A stretch of 64,000 nt of DNA, taken from sequence record DRR378314_2238; one strand, 5' to 3'. The position numbers and the translations under genes were made by a program. Numbering within the stretch: position 1 is the stretch's first letter; every line of letters begins with the position of its first letter. Positions 28,194 to 38,521 of this stretch are shown here, piece by piece. The notes below the pieces were generated by a model. That model was not told the DNA's origin. It did no database searches and saw only the letters and a list, made by a program, of their open reading frames with translations.

Positions 28194-29485
28194 TGTCTTC
28201 TGTCGAAGCTCTGGCGCAGGCTCTTGGCCGGGCAGCGCTTCCCACTGCAAAACACGTGTTCTTGCAGCGGGATGATGTCGGGCTGCTGAATCTGGCGCGT
28301 CGTTTTGATGCACAGGCTGCGCAGGGGCAGAAAATAGGGCTGCTAGAAGGCGCGGTAGTTGTCATCAAAGGCAATATCGACATTCTTGGCATGACGACCA
28401 GCGCCGGTTCAAAAAGCTTTGATCCAGCGCCGGCGCCCGCGTCCGCACCACTTGTTTCCGGTCTGGTTAACGCCGGTGCATTGCCGATGGGGCACGCAAA
28501 TTTGTCTGAGTTCGCTTTTAGCGGATTGGGGCTCAACCCCAATTTCGGAACACCTTTGAACGCACTGGACCACTCGGTTGTTCCCGGAGGCTCGTCCAGC
28601 GGATGTGCGACGGCAGTGGCGCTGGGAATTGCCGATCTTGCGATCGGGAGTGATACGTCGGGATCAACGCGCGTTCCGGCGGCCTATCAGGGTATCTATG
28701 GGTATCGGCCAAGCATGGGGCGGTATGACGATGCGGGCATTCTGCCCCTTGCCCCGTCCCTTGATACGCCCGGTCCGATGGCGCGAGACTTTGCCGGAAT
28801 CACCCTGCTGGATGCAGTGATGCGCAAATTGGCGCCGCCAACCGATGGTGCCCGAGCGGATCGGATCATTGTACCGGATGCTGAAAGCCTTGTGCACATA
28901 TCATCTGACATGGCCCAGTTGCTGGAAATAGCGGCCAATGAACTTGCAGCACGGGGTTGGGTCGTTGACACAGTGCCTGTGCCGGTCTTGTCCAATGTGG
29001 CGGCTTCGTTTGAAAGGCTCGGTACCCTTGTTGCCGCCGAAGCACCCGATCAGTTGGCGCAATATACGATGTTGGATAACCCGGCGATTGATCCCAATGT
29101 GCGCCGTCGTCTAGCGCAAGCTTTGCCCGGCGATCCTGTCAAGGTCGAAGCAATCAGGCAAATACGCAAAGACTTGCAGGAGGAGATGCGCGGGTTTCTA
29201 GGCAATAGCTTGTTGCTGATGCCAACCGTGCCCGGACCGCCGCCAAGTCTTGCATCCGTTCAGGCACCGGACCGTTTTGCCGAAGAGAATGCGCGCGCAC
29301 TTAGCTTGACCATGCCCACGGCGTTTCTGGACATGCCCTCGCTGGCCATGCCCGTCAGCGGAAGGGTGCCGGGGCAATCCCTGTCCCTGTGCGGCGTACC
29401 CGGCAGCGATGAACGTCTGCTTGAAGCTGCCAAAGAGATTGCCCCGACGCTGTTGACCCTGAATGCTGAGGCCTTTCATGACTGA
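28193..29485 (+). CDS. Amidase signature family protein
   Basis: IKGN (Lys), PGGSSSG, GSDTSGSTRVPA (Ser-cisSer-Lys triad). Confidence 0.88.
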   Translation: MSSVEALAQALGRAALPTAKHVFLQRDDVGLLNLARRFDAQAAQGQKIGLLEGAVVVIKGNIDILGMTTSAGSKSFDPAPAPASAPLVSGLVNAGALPMGHANLSEFAFSGLGLNPNFGTPLNALDHSVVPGGSSSGCATAVALGIADLAIGSDTSGSTRVPAAYQGIYGYRPSMGRYDDAGILPLAPSLDTPGPMARDFAGITLLDAVMRKLAPPTDGARADRIIVPDAESLVHISSDMAQLLEIAANELAARGWVVDTVPVPVLSNVAASFERLGTLVAAEAPDQLAQYTMLDNPAIDPNVRRRLAQALPGDPVKVEAIRQIRKDLQEEMRGFLGNSLLLMPTVPGPPPSLASVQAPDRFAEENARALSLTMPTAFLDMPSLAMPVSGRVPGQSLSLCGVPGSDERLLEAAKEIAPTLLTLNAEAFHD

Positions 29486-29945
29486 CCAGACCCAAATCGC
29501 GCGCGATCGCGAAGAAATTGCAGCGTTGATTGCTGCACAATTCCGGGCCCTGTGCTGGGACGAAGAAACCCCGCCCGACACGCAGGCGTTGGCGGCGGCC
29601 TATTTGCCCGAAGCATTACTTTTTGCTTCGTCACGGCCTGCCAGCGGTCAAACGGCTGAGACCTTCGGCAATCGAATGAAGGCGCTGCGCGACAGCGGAC
29701 GGATTTCGGTTTTCGAAGAAAAAGGCGTGGGGCTGCACATCTGGGTAACCGGCAATGTTGCCGTGGCCATGGCGGGCTGTGAAATGCACGAAAATCAAAA
29801 CGAAGTCACTGAAGACGTCAGTGCCTTTCTTCTGGTCAAGAACCCTTCGGGCTGGGTCATCGCCGCTCAGGCCTGGGACATCCTTCCATCCATCGCAGAT
29901 GCATTTGCCGCAAGCGGCCTTGATGCTGAGCGTTTCGAAGTCTGA
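29478..29945 (+). CDS. NTF2-like/DUF4440 protein
   Basis: GNVAVA..GCE, FLLVK...GW.IAAQAWD. Confidence 0.65.
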   Translation: MTDQTQIARDREEIAALIAAQFRALCWDEETPPDTQALAAAYLPEALLFASSRPASGQTAETFGNRMKALRDSGRISVFEEKGVGLHIWVTGNVAVAMAGCEMHENQNEVTEDVSAFLLVKNPSGWVIAAQAWDILPSIADAFAASGLDAERFEV

Positions 29946-29971
29946 ACGTAAAGTAGAACTGGAGAATACCA

Positions 29972-30619
29972 ATGCCAAAATCCCTTTTGATCGTACATTC
30001 AAGTGCGCGCCAAAACAGATCTCATACCCGAGAGCTGGCGAAACTTTTCGAAGATAGCTGGACTGCGTCCGGGGGTGGAGAGATCACGCACCGGGACGTG
30101 GGCCTGACACCACCGAAAATCATCGACGAAGATTGGATCGCAGCCGCGTTTACTGAGCCGGGTGAACTGACCGACGGGCAGAAACAAACACTTGCCGAAT
30201 CCGATGCCCTGATCGAAGAAATCAAAGCTGCCGATGTGATCGCCCTGTGTGCTCCGATGTACAATTATTCGATGCCTGCGGCGTTGAAGGCCTGGTTTGA
30301 CTTGATCGCGCGGGTCGGCGTCACCTTTAGTTTCGATCTGGCACGGGGTGATGTTCCAATTGAACCAATTCTGGCTGGCAAGGAACTTGTTGTGCTTTCG
30401 TCGCGTGGCGAGTTCGATTTTGCGCCAGGTGGCAGTCGCGCGCATATGAACGGCCTCGATCCGGCGTTGGCGGCGAGCGCACATTATCTTGGTGCAAACT
30501 CCAACGAGATGCAGACCATCGCGATCGAATATGAAGAATTCCGCGATGCGCGTTGGGAATCGTCAGTGGCAAATGCCCAAGCCCAGACACGGGACGTGGC
30601 CAGTCAGTTGGCTGGCTAA
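29972..30619 (+). CDS. azoR: FMN-dependent NADH:quinone oxidoreductase/azoreductase
   Basis: SSAR..RSHTR.L, PMYNYSMPAALKAWFD, SRG. Confidence 0.88.
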   Translation: MPKSLLIVHSSARQNRSHTRELAKLFEDSWTASGGGEITHRDVGLTPPKIIDEDWIAAAFTEPGELTDGQKQTLAESDALIEEIKAADVIALCAPMYNYSMPAALKAWFDLIARVGVTFSFDLARGDVPIEPILAGKELVVLSSRGEFDFAPGGSRAHMNGLDPALAASAHYLGANSNEMQTIAIEYEEFRDARWESSVANAQAQTRDVASQLAG

Positions 30620-30647
30620 CTATCAATAAACAAAAACTATTTTTCTT

Positions 30648-30675
30648 GGGGGCGTGCCGATTGGCATGCCTCTTT
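30648..30675 (+). terminator. Probable intrinsic terminator
   Basis: GGGGCGTGCC-GATT-GGCATGCCTC-TTT. Confidence 0.6.
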
Positions 30676-30724
30676 CCGTTCGGCTGCCGGATAAGAAATA
30701 CCTGTGTATTCGAAGCAAGCTTAG

Positions 30725-30753
30725 CTCATCCCCGGACTGAGTTCTTATCAATT
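30725..30753 (+). promoter_or_regulatory. LysR-type operator (island motif)
   Basis: CTCATC-CCCGGA-CTGAG-TTCTTA-TCAATT. Confidence 0.65.
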
Positions 30754-30808
30754 GTGTCAACGCACATGCCCGTTTCATTCTCTTTCAAAATGTTAGGGAG
30801 GAAAAAAC

Positions 30809-31906
30809 ATGCGTAATCGCAAACTTGGTTTCAACCGACGCCAGTTCTTAAAAACTTCGGCGGCCACAGGTGTACTGGCCGGTACGTCTGGACTTTATGC
30901 GCCTGCAGTTCATGCGGCGACTGAACCGCTCAAGATCGGGTCCTGGGGCGGGTTCTTTGAGGAAGTGCTGTCTGAGAAGCTTTACCCGGAATTCACGGCA
31001 GCCACGGGCATCGAGGTCGATTCCATCGGAACGCCTAACGGGGATGCGCAAGTCGTACAATTGGCGCAGGCCATTCGCGCGGGAAACATCCCGCTGGATG
31101 TGTCGGCGCTGATTCCCATTCCGATGGTGCGAGCCACAAACGCGGGGATCATCGAAGAACTGGACATGTCCCGAATTCCGAACGCGAAATACCTGCCAGA
31201 GGTTCAGGGGCTTAGCCAAAGCACGGACGGAAACCCCAACGGTGTGGCGTGGTTCTTCTATTTCAATATTCTCGTCACCTTGCGCGACGACTTCCCGCAG
31301 GCCCCCAACAGTTGGACAGAGCTTTGGAACCCGTCCAACAGCGGTTTGGCCGGGGTCATGGCGCAGCCTGAGATATCGAACATCATCGACATCACTGCGG
31401 CCACCTATTTTGGTGGGCCAGATATTCTGAAGACCAAGGAAGGGACACTGGAAGTTCTTCAGAAAGTTGGCGAGCTCAAAGAAACGGTTTCGTTGTGGTA
31501 TCGCGATGAAGCACAATTCCAGAACGGTCTTGAAACCGGCGAATTGCCAATCGGCATCTACTATAACGATGTCGCAACCGTGGCGCAGGCCGAAGGGATC
31601 GAGATCGACCGGGTGTTCCCAAAAGAGGGCGCTGTGAAGAACCCAGCCTATTGGGGTATTTCCAAAGGTACGGCGTTGCGGGATCAGGCGCATGAGTTCT
31701 TGAACTTTACGCTTGATCCGTCGGTTCAGGCGCTGCTGGCTCGGAACCTTGGCGGTGGCCCAGTTGTGCCGCGCGAAACAACTGACCTGACGGATGAGGA
31801 GTGGGGCCAAGTGTCGACCGATGCCAGCACGATCGCGCCAGCATATCATCTGTACACAGATTGGGGTGATTGGACCGCGACTGAGTTCTCGCGCGTAATC
31901 TCTTAA
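30809..31906 (+). CDS. Tat-exported PotD/PotF-type ABC substrate-binding protein
   Basis: NRRQFLK Tat motif; SWGG, SWTELW, FPKEGA. Confidence 0.88.
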   Translation: MRNRKLGFNRRQFLKTSAATGVLAGTSGLYAPAVHAATEPLKIGSWGGFFEEVLSEKLYPEFTAATGIEVDSIGTPNGDAQVVQLAQAIRAGNIPLDVSALIPIPMVRATNAGIIEELDMSRIPNAKYLPEVQGLSQSTDGNPNGVAWFFYFNILVTLRDDFPQAPNSWTELWNPSNSGLAGVMAQPEISNIIDITAATYFGGPDILKTKEGTLEVLQKVGELKETVSLWYRDEAQFQNGLETGELPIGIYYNDVATVAQAEGIEIDRVFPKEGAVKNPAYWGISKGTALRDQAHEFLNFTLDPSVQALLARNLGGGPVVPRETTDLTDEEWGQVSTDASTIAPAYHLYTDWGDWTATEFSRVIS

Positions 31907-31925
31907 CCTGTGAAGGCCCAAGACT

Positions 31926-32978
31926 ATGACCAACCTGACCCTTGAAAACGTCTGGAAGCGGTTTGGCAGCTTTGAAGCTCTGAAACACGTGAATCTGGAT
32001 CTGCCATCAGGCAAAATGATAACTTTTCTTGGGCCTTCGGGCAGTGGAAAAAGTACACTGTTCAGGTTGGTGGCCGGATTGGACAGCGCCTCTGAAGGCG
32101 TTGTCCGTTTCGACGATACAGATGTGACGCGAATGCCCGCTCATCAGCGAAATGTTGGTATGGTTTTTCAGAACTACGCCCTTTTTCCTCATCTCAATGT
32201 TTGGGAAAACATCTCCTACGGGTTGATGCTGCAAAGGCGCCCCAAAGCAGAGCGGCGGGCCCGAGCCGAAGAGCTGCTTGAACTGATCAAACTTCCACAT
32301 ATTGCTGATCGCACATTGAACCAGCTTTCCGGGGGACAAAGGCAACGCGTTGCAATCGCTCGCGCACTTGCGATGGAACCACGCCTGTTTCTCTTGGATG
32401 AGCCGTTGTCTGCATTGGACGCAAAGTTGAGAGAGCACATGCAGAACGAATTGTGCGATCTTCAGCAAACGCTTGGAATAACCACCATCGTCGTAACCCA
32501 TGATCAACGCGAAGCAATGACAATGTCGGATGTTGTCGTTGTGATTGATCACGGAGAAATCCAGCAGGTCGGAACGCCGCTGGAAATCTATCGCAAGCCT
32601 TCTACGCCCTTTGTTGCAGATTTTGTTGGAACTTCGACCCTGCTGGAAGGGATCGCGCGGCAAGACGGTACGTTCGAATTTGAAGGTCGTAGATTAAATG
32701 TTGGGTGCATCGGAGAAGCTGAACGGGATCACACGCCAAGCCTGCTGTGTCTGCGGCCCGAGCAGCTTGCGCTGCGAACCCAAAGCGATGACCCATCTCA
32801 CGCCATTCCGGTTGAAGTGCGCCTGATCCGGGATTTGGGGTCAGAGATCGAAGTGACCGCGTCCTTCGGAAAGTACGAGTTCCTTGTCAAAGAACCATCC
32901 GGGCATTCCCTTGGTTATAGCGAGGGGGACAGGCTGGATCTTCTGCTGCCTGACCACGCGCACGTGATGAGAGCCTGA
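31926..32978 (+). CDS. ABC ATP-binding protein (PotA-type)
   Basis: [30 protein letters not shown] tail. Confidence 0.95.
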   Translation: MTNLTLENVWKRFGSFEALKHVNLDLPSGKMITFLGPSGSGKSTLFRLVAGLDSASEGVVRFDDTDVTRMPAHQRNVGMVFQNYALFPHLNVWENISYGLMLQRRPKAERRARAEELLELIKLPHIADRTLNQLSGGQRQRVAIARALAMEPRLFLLDEPLSALDAKLREHMQNELCDLQQTLGITTIVVTHDQREAMTMSDVVVVIDHGEIQQVGTPLEIYRKPSTPFVADFVGTSTLLEGIARQDGTFEFEGRRLNVGCIGEAERDHTPSLLCLRPEQLALRTQSDDPSHAIPVEVRLIRDLGSEIEVTASFGKYEFLVKEPSGHSLGYSEGDRLDLLLPDHAHVMRA

Positions 32979-32982
32979 GTTA

Positions 32983-33870
32983 ATGACTGTGCAGTCAACA
33001 TCCGTTCCCACCGCAGCCAAATCATCATCATTTGGAAGGTTGGATAGTAAAAACCTGATCCTGATCCCCCCGGGCATCATGCTGTTGGTATTTTTCCTGT
33101 GCCCCTTCCTGATCATGGGGGCCGTCAGCTTTTATTATCGCGTGCCGGACGGGTTCTATGAGCCTGATTTTGTGCTGTCGAACTATGCCGCATTCTTTGA
33201 TCCGGTGTTTCTGACCGCTTTGGTAAGATCACTCACGCTTTGCGCGGTTATTTCAGTTGTGTGTGTCAGTCTGGCGATGCCCTTCACCTACCTGGTATCA
33301 AGAATGCGGCGGGTCGTGCAGATACCCATCGTGATCCTTCTGCTGTGCATCCTTACGCTGTCCGAAGTCATCTTGGGCTTTAGCTGGACCATTCTTCTTT
33401 CACGGACGGCGGGGGTATCAAACATCCTGGTTTGGCTTGGTGTTCTGGACAGACCTGTTTCTCTCTACCCAAGCAGCTTTGCCATCATGATCGCGATGCT
33501 GCATTTCTGTTTCCCTTTCGCGGTTCTGACAATCTACCCGCCAATCTCGCGCTTTGATCGCAGTTTGCCTGAGGCCGCCGCGACCATGGGTGCAGGCCCT
33601 GTCCGCGCGTTTTTTACGGTTGTTGTGCCCGCCTTGCGAGGCACGATAATCTCGGCGCTGGTTTTAGTGTTCGTTTTTGCACTGGGCGCTTATTTGTTCC
33701 CGCAAATGCTGGGAAGACCCGCCGACTGGACGTTGTCCGTGTTGATCACAGATCAGGCGATCTACAAATCAAACATTCCCTTTGCAGCTGCCATGTCCGT
33801 GTTTCTGTGCCTGATCTGCTTTTCGCTGATCCTTGGCGTTGGGAAACTGAGCAAGAAAAGCGAGGGCTGA
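32983..33870 (+). CDS. ABC permease (PotB-type)
   Basis: Hydrophobic; EAAATMGA. Confidence 0.9.
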   Translation: MTVQSTSVPTAAKSSSFGRLDSKNLILIPPGIMLLVFFLCPFLIMGAVSFYYRVPDGFYEPDFVLSNYAAFFDPVFLTALVRSLTLCAVISVVCVSLAMPFTYLVSRMRRVVQIPIVILLLCILTLSEVILGFSWTILLSRTAGVSNILVWLGVLDRPVSLYPSSFAIMIAMLHFCFPFAVLTIYPPISRFDRSLPEAAATMGAGPVRAFFTVVVPALRGTIISALVLVFVFALGAYLFPQMLGRPADWTLSVLITDQAIYKSNIPFAAAMSVFLCLICFSLILGVGKLSKKSEG

Positions 33871-33874
33871 TCAC

Positions 33875-34672
33875 ATGAGTGCACGTTTAGGAAAACTCTA
33901 TGTCTGTTTTGTCGCACTGTTTCTGGCGATGCCCTTCATCGTTGTGGCCGGTGTGTCCTTCAATGAAAAGAAGCGCCTGTATTTCCCACCCCGCGGGTTC
34001 AGCTTGGACTGGTATCGCGATGTTGTTTCAACACCGGAATGGCTTGATCCTATCCTGACCAGCCTCACCGTCGCCGCCATAGCAACCGTGATCGCAATCG
34101 CAATCGCCTTGCCCATCTGTTTCATGATGTGGCGGCACGGCATTCTGTTCGCCAAGGCACTCTTTGGATTGGGACTGGTCCCCTTCATGTTGCCTCCGGT
34201 TACTTCGGCGCTTGGTTTTTTGATATTCTGGTCAGAAATTGGCGGCTACGGCTCATTCTGGGCAACGACGATTTCGCATTCTGTCTTTTTGGTAACGATA
34301 CCCTTGATGATGATATCGCTGGGTCTGGAAACGGTTGACGAAGACCTTTTGGATGCGGCTGCCTCACTTGGTGCGACAGAAACCGAAATATTCAAAACCG
34401 TCATTTTTCCACTTATTCTGCCGTTCGTTTTCGGTGCTTCGGCCTTTTGCTTTGTGCTCAGCATGAACGAATACATCATTGCGTTCATGGTCGCGGGTTT
34501 CACCGTCGAAACGCTTCCGATCAAAGTGGTGAATTCGCTGCGTTATGGCTATTCCCCGGCAATGGCTGCGGTATCAGTATTCTCGGTACTCGCGGCGGCC
34601 GGGTTGTTCCTGCTGGTTGCCCGTTTTGGGGATCTGCTGAAAATGGTTGGTGCGCTTGATAAAACCGATTGA
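33875..34672 (+). CDS. ABC permease (PotC-type)
   Basis: FPPRGFSLDWY, DAAASLGA, ETLPI. Confidence 0.9.
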   Translation: MSARLGKLYVCFVALFLAMPFIVVAGVSFNEKKRLYFPPRGFSLDWYRDVVSTPEWLDPILTSLTVAAIATVIAIAIALPICFMMWRHGILFAKALFGLGLVPFMLPPVTSALGFLIFWSEIGGYGSFWATTISHSVFLVTIPLMMISLGLETVDEDLLDAAASLGATETEIFKTVIFPLILPFVFGASAFCFVLSMNEYIIAFMVAGFTVETLPIKVVNSLRYGYSPAMAAVSVFSVLAAAGLFLLVARFGDLLKMVGALDKTD

Positions 34673-34712
34673 GCCGCTCCGCTTCGACAAGATTTTGACA
34701 AGGTGCCTACCG

Positions 34713-35291
34713 ATGCAATCAACTGTTCCACATGCCACACTTCAAACCCGGGTGCGGGTAAGCAACCCGGAGATGGAAAACCCGTTCGAGTGGCGCGCCG
34801 TTTCAACCGAAGATGTTTGCGCTGGTCGGCGGATCGCTATTTTTGCAGTGCCCGCCGCATTTTCGCCGACCTGTTCAGACGAGCATTTGCCAGGGTTTGA
34901 GAAACTCTATTCCGAGATACGAGCCCACGGCATTGACGAGGTGTACTGCCTTTCAGTGAACGATGCGTTTGTCATGTTTCAATGGGCTAAGGCGCTGAAT
35001 GTTAAGAATGTGAAAATGCTGCCCGATGGAAACGGTGAATTTACCCGCAAAATGGGCATGTTGGTCGAATACACAGAAGACGGCATGGGATTGCGAAGCT
35101 GGCGTTACGCAATGGTCGTGAACGATGGTCAGATCGAGTGCATGTTGTCCGAGCCGGGCTTTGGTGACAACGCGCCGGACGCGCCAATGACTGCGTCTGA
35201 TGCTGTGTCGCTGCTCTCGTGGCTGAAGACAAATCAGGAAGAATCTGATACTTCGGCTGAAAGTTGGAAAGTGTCATACTCCGCCGAATAG
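34713..35291 (+). CDS. Peroxiredoxin (Prx5/redoxin type)
   Basis: PAAFSPTCS, SVNDAFVM, PDGNGEFT, GLRSWRYAM. Confidence 0.9.
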   Translation: MQSTVPHATLQTRVRVSNPEMENPFEWRAVSTEDVCAGRRIAIFAVPAAFSPTCSDEHLPGFEKLYSEIRAHGIDEVYCLSVNDAFVMFQWAKALNVKNVKMLPDGNGEFTRKMGMLVEYTEDGMGLRSWRYAMVVNDGQIECMLSEPGFGDNAPDAPMTASDAVSLLSWLKTNQEESDTSAESWKVSYSAE

Positions 35292-35463
35292 CGAGGCTTT
35301 ACGCCGTCTCGAAATCAGTGGATGAACAGCGCGCGGGATATCGTTTGCCGCCGCAAAGTGTTTAAAAAAGCAGGTATTGGTTTGCCCGCGTGCCATCGAA
35401 GATTGGAATTGCTTCGTCATCAACTAACTATCTTAGAAGGAAACTAGTACTGGGCGCCTGACA

Positions 35464-36393
35464 TTGACCCGATTGCCACCACTTAACAGTCTTCGCGCAT
35501 TTGATGCCGCATCCCGACACCTCAGCTTTAAGCTTGCGGCGGAAGAGTTGTGCGTTACGCCAACGGCGATCAGCCATCAAGTGAAGACCCTGGAGAGCCA
35601 ACTCGGCGTAAAGCTGTTCCACCGTTTGACGCGATCACTCAGGCTGACAACCGAAGGGGCCATCTATGCGCCTTTTGTTCAGCAGGCCTTTGGCAAACTT
35701 GTAGAAGGATCTATTGCCCTTGGTCTGGACGATCTGGAAGGTGAGTTGGTGGTTTCGACCACAAGATCGTTTGCAAATACCTGGCTGAGCCCGCGTTTGC
35801 CCAAGTTCAAGAAAGCAAACCCCGATCTCTCGGTTCGTCTCTACAGCTCTGATGATCCGGTCGATTTCCAGCGATTACAGATTGACGTCGCCATCCGCTA
35901 TGGGTTTGGTGACTACCCCGACCTTCATTCTGCCTGGGTATTGGACGACTGTGTTGCTGCAGTGTGTGCCCCTGACTTTCCGCTACCATCCAAGGGACCC
36001 GAGGCGTTGGTTGATCAGCCTCTGATCAGTTACGAGTGGGGGGGATTTACTGACGTCGATCCCGATTGGAACGGTTGGCTTTCCACGTTTGGCATCACGT
36101 CCAAGCCGTCCAATATTGTGGCAACCTATAGCGACGAACAAATGTGCCTGCAGGCCGCACTTGATGGGCATGGGGTTGCATTGGTCAGTTTGATTGCCGC
36201 GGCGCGCAATATCGAGGACGGTTCGCTTGTGGTGCCGTTCGGGGGCCCAATGAAGAACAAAAGCTATTATTTGGTGTGCCCGAAATTAAACGCGGAACGA
36301 AAGAAAGTACGCGTGTTTCAGGACTGGCTTTTGGACGAAGTTGATATTTTTCGGGACAGTCCCATTGGGCGGCGATACTTCGGTGACGGCTGA
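35464..36393 (+). CDS. LysR family regulator, GcvA-like (paralog of 21928..22848)
   Basis: RLPPLNSLRAFDAASRHLSF..AAEELCVTPTAISHQVK. Confidence 0.92.
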   Translation: MTRLPPLNSLRAFDAASRHLSFKLAAEELCVTPTAISHQVKTLESQLGVKLFHRLTRSLRLTTEGAIYAPFVQQAFGKLVEGSIALGLDDLEGELVVSTTRSFANTWLSPRLPKFKKANPDLSVRLYSSDDPVDFQRLQIDVAIRYGFGDYPDLHSAWVLDDCVAAVCAPDFPLPSKGPEALVDQPLISYEWGGFTDVDPDWNGWLSTFGITSKPSNIVATYSDEQMCLQAALDGHGVALVSLIAAARNIEDGSLVVPFGGPMKNKSYYLVCPKLNAERKKVRVFQDWLLDEVDIFRDSPIGRRYFGDG

Positions 36394-36410
36394 GATGCCT
36401 TTGCCCAATA

Positions 36411-36439
36411 CTTATGTGTCGACTGAGATAACCTAATTT
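36411..36439 (+). promoter_or_regulatory. LysR-type operator (island motif)
   Basis: CTTATG-TGTCGA-CTGAG-ATAACC-TAATTT. Confidence 0.6.
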
Positions 36440-36514
36440 GTGGCGCCGGCAGGCGTCTCGCTAAGATTTCCGAACATGGCCCAGAAAAACGCGGGCATGT
36501 TCGGAGGAAATAGT

Positions 36515-37333
36515 TTGACTACCACTAATGTTGTGATCGGTTCGCCCCCTCTCTCGTTTTATGCGGTGCAGGGTGCAGTGGTCGGGAATGTACTAAGCCG
36601 GGCAGGCGCGAGCGTTTCGTTCGTTCGTGAGTTTCACGAGACGATCTATCCCAAAATCGGGTCGGGCGAGATTGATGTATTCGTTGCAAGCTGGCTGCCG
36701 AGCGGACATTCCGAGTTCTGGAAATCGGTAAAGAACAACGCCCGACAGATGGGTGAGATCTTCGATGGAGGCGCATTCTTTCTGGCGGTTCCTGACTATG
36801 TCCTTGAAAATGAAGTGTCCTCTATTTCTGACCTCCGAGACGCGTCTTTCGAGAAGCAGATCGTTTCGGTTGGTCCGGGTGGCGCTGTATTAACCAATAG
36901 GGCGAACGAGGCGCTGGACGATTACGGCCTTCGCGAAGCCGGTTACGAGATTGACGCACGCGAGGAAGCGGATTGGGTTTCGCATACCCTTCAGGCATAT
37001 GGAGAAGGCCGTAAGTTTGCCATTGCGATTTGGCAGCCGTGCTTTCTGAATGACCAGGTTTCGTTGCGGAGGCTTACAGATCCGGACTTGAGCATGGGCC
37101 CGGATGATACCGGTTGGATCATTGCCAATACTGGTTTTCTGGCAGGTGCCCCCGCCTGGATTCATGCGCTGTTGGCCAACATCAACCTGGGAATTCCAAC
37201 TATCACAAAGCTGGACAAACGCATCGTGATCGATGGGCTCTCGCCCGACGATGCCGCCGAAGAATGGGTGCAGAACAATGCCGCGCGCGTGGACGCGTGG
37301 ATCGCAGCAGCCCTCGAAAAGAAGAGTGCCTGA
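36515..37333 (+). CDS. OpuAC/ProX-fold binding protein lacking a signal peptide
   Basis: LSFYAV, IDVFVASWLPSGH, VPDY, WQP.FLN; RBS GGAGG at 36503 then TTG. Confidence 0.75.
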   Translation: MTTTNVVIGSPPLSFYAVQGAVVGNVLSRAGASVSFVREFHETIYPKIGSGEIDVFVASWLPSGHSEFWKSVKNNARQMGEIFDGGAFFLAVPDYVLENEVSSISDLRDASFEKQIVSVGPGGAVLTNRANEALDDYGLREAGYEIDAREEADWVSHTLQAYGEGRKFAIAIWQPCFLNDQVSLRRLTDPDLSMGPDDTGWIIANTGFLAGAPAWIHALLANINLGIPTITKLDKRIVIDGLSPDDAAEEWVQNNAARVDAWIAAALEKKSA

Positions 37334-37334
37334 T

Positions 37335-38462
37335 ATGGAGAGATCGCTCGCAGAGGTTCGATCAATGGCAGTTCCAGCGCCTGAGCAGGCTTATGTGCGG
37401 TTCGAAGGCGTCCAAAAGACATATGATGGCGAAACCCTGGTCGTAAAAAACCTGAATCTGGATATCGCCCGGGGCGAATTCCTAACCATGCTTGGGCCAT
37501 CAGGGTCTGGCAAAACCACAAGCCTCATGATGCTTGCCGGGTTCGAGGCAACGACCGCAGGCAACATCCTTATCGCGGATCGCTCGATCAATCTGATCCC
37601 GCCGCACAAGCGTGGAATCGGTATGGTTTTCCAGAATTATGCCCTGTTCCCGCACATGACGATTTTTGAGAATCTTGCCTTTCCACTTAGCGTCAGAAAG
37701 TTTGGCAAATCCGATATCTCTGAAAAGGTGCGCAGGGCACTCGATCTTGTTGAACTGTCCGCATTCGGAGAAAGAAGGCCCGCGCAGTTGTCTGGCGGAC
37801 AACAGCAACGCGTTGCCCTTGCCCGGGCACTCGTGTTCGAGCCGGAGCTGGTTTTGATGGATGAACCTCTCGGCGCGCTCGACAAGCAGCTGCGTGAGCA
37901 AATGCAATACGAAATCAAACACATTCATGAGCGGCTTGGCGTGACCATCGTTTATGTGACCCACGATCAGTCTGAAGCGCTGACAATGTCTGACCGTATT
38001 GCGGTTTTCAACAATGGTATCGTACAGCAATTGTCCGCGCCAAACGAGCTGTACGAACGTCCCCAGACCAGCTTTGTGGCGCAGTTCATCGGCGAAAACA
38101 ACAAGCTTACCGGTATCCTGCAAACCGTTCAGAACAACCAATGTGTCGTCACACTCGCGGATGGGACGACCCTGAGGGCGTTGCCGGTTAATGTCGGTGA
38201 AACAGGTGCCGCGACCCTGTTGTCGGTCCGCCCGGAACGGGTCGTTGTGAATCCGCCGAAAGACCCGGGGTTCAACGCAGTCACCGCACGCGTCGAAGAG
38301 CTTATCTATCTGGGCGATCATCTTCGCTTGCGGCTCAGCACCTGTGGCACAGATCAGTTTGTTCTGAAAATCCCGAATGCAGAGCAACATCCAACTTTCC
38401 AAACCGGAACCACGATCGAGATTGGCTGGCGTGTCGGTGACTGCCACGCGCTCGATGCCTGA
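37335..38462 (+). CDS. potA: Polyamine ABC ATP-binding protein
   Basis: GPSGSGKT, LSGGQQQR, LMDEPLGALD. Confidence 0.9.
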   Translation: MERSLAEVRSMAVPAPEQAYVRFEGVQKTYDGETLVVKNLNLDIARGEFLTMLGPSGSGKTTSLMMLAGFEATTAGNILIADRSINLIPPHKRGIGMVFQNYALFPHMTIFENLAFPLSVRKFGKSDISEKVRRALDLVELSAFGERRPAQLSGGQQQRVALARALVFEPELVLMDEPLGALDKQLREQMQYEIKHIHERLGVTIVYVTHDQSEALTMSDRIAVFNNGIVQQLSAPNELYERPQTSFVAQFIGENNKLTGILQTVQNNQCVVTLADGTTLRALPVNVGETGAATLLSVRPERVVVNPPKDPGFNAVTARVEELIYLGDHLRLRLSTCGTDQFVLKIPNAEQHPTFQTGTTIEIGWRVGDCHALDA

Positions 38463-38521
38463 GGCGTCGCTTCGGCCCATCTTCCGTTCCATGAAATTCA
38501 TCAACCAAGGGAGTGAACAAA

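Noticed and set aside
30848-32014. 388-aa minus-strand ORF
   Set aside because: Antisense shadow of the Tat SBP gene; no motifs
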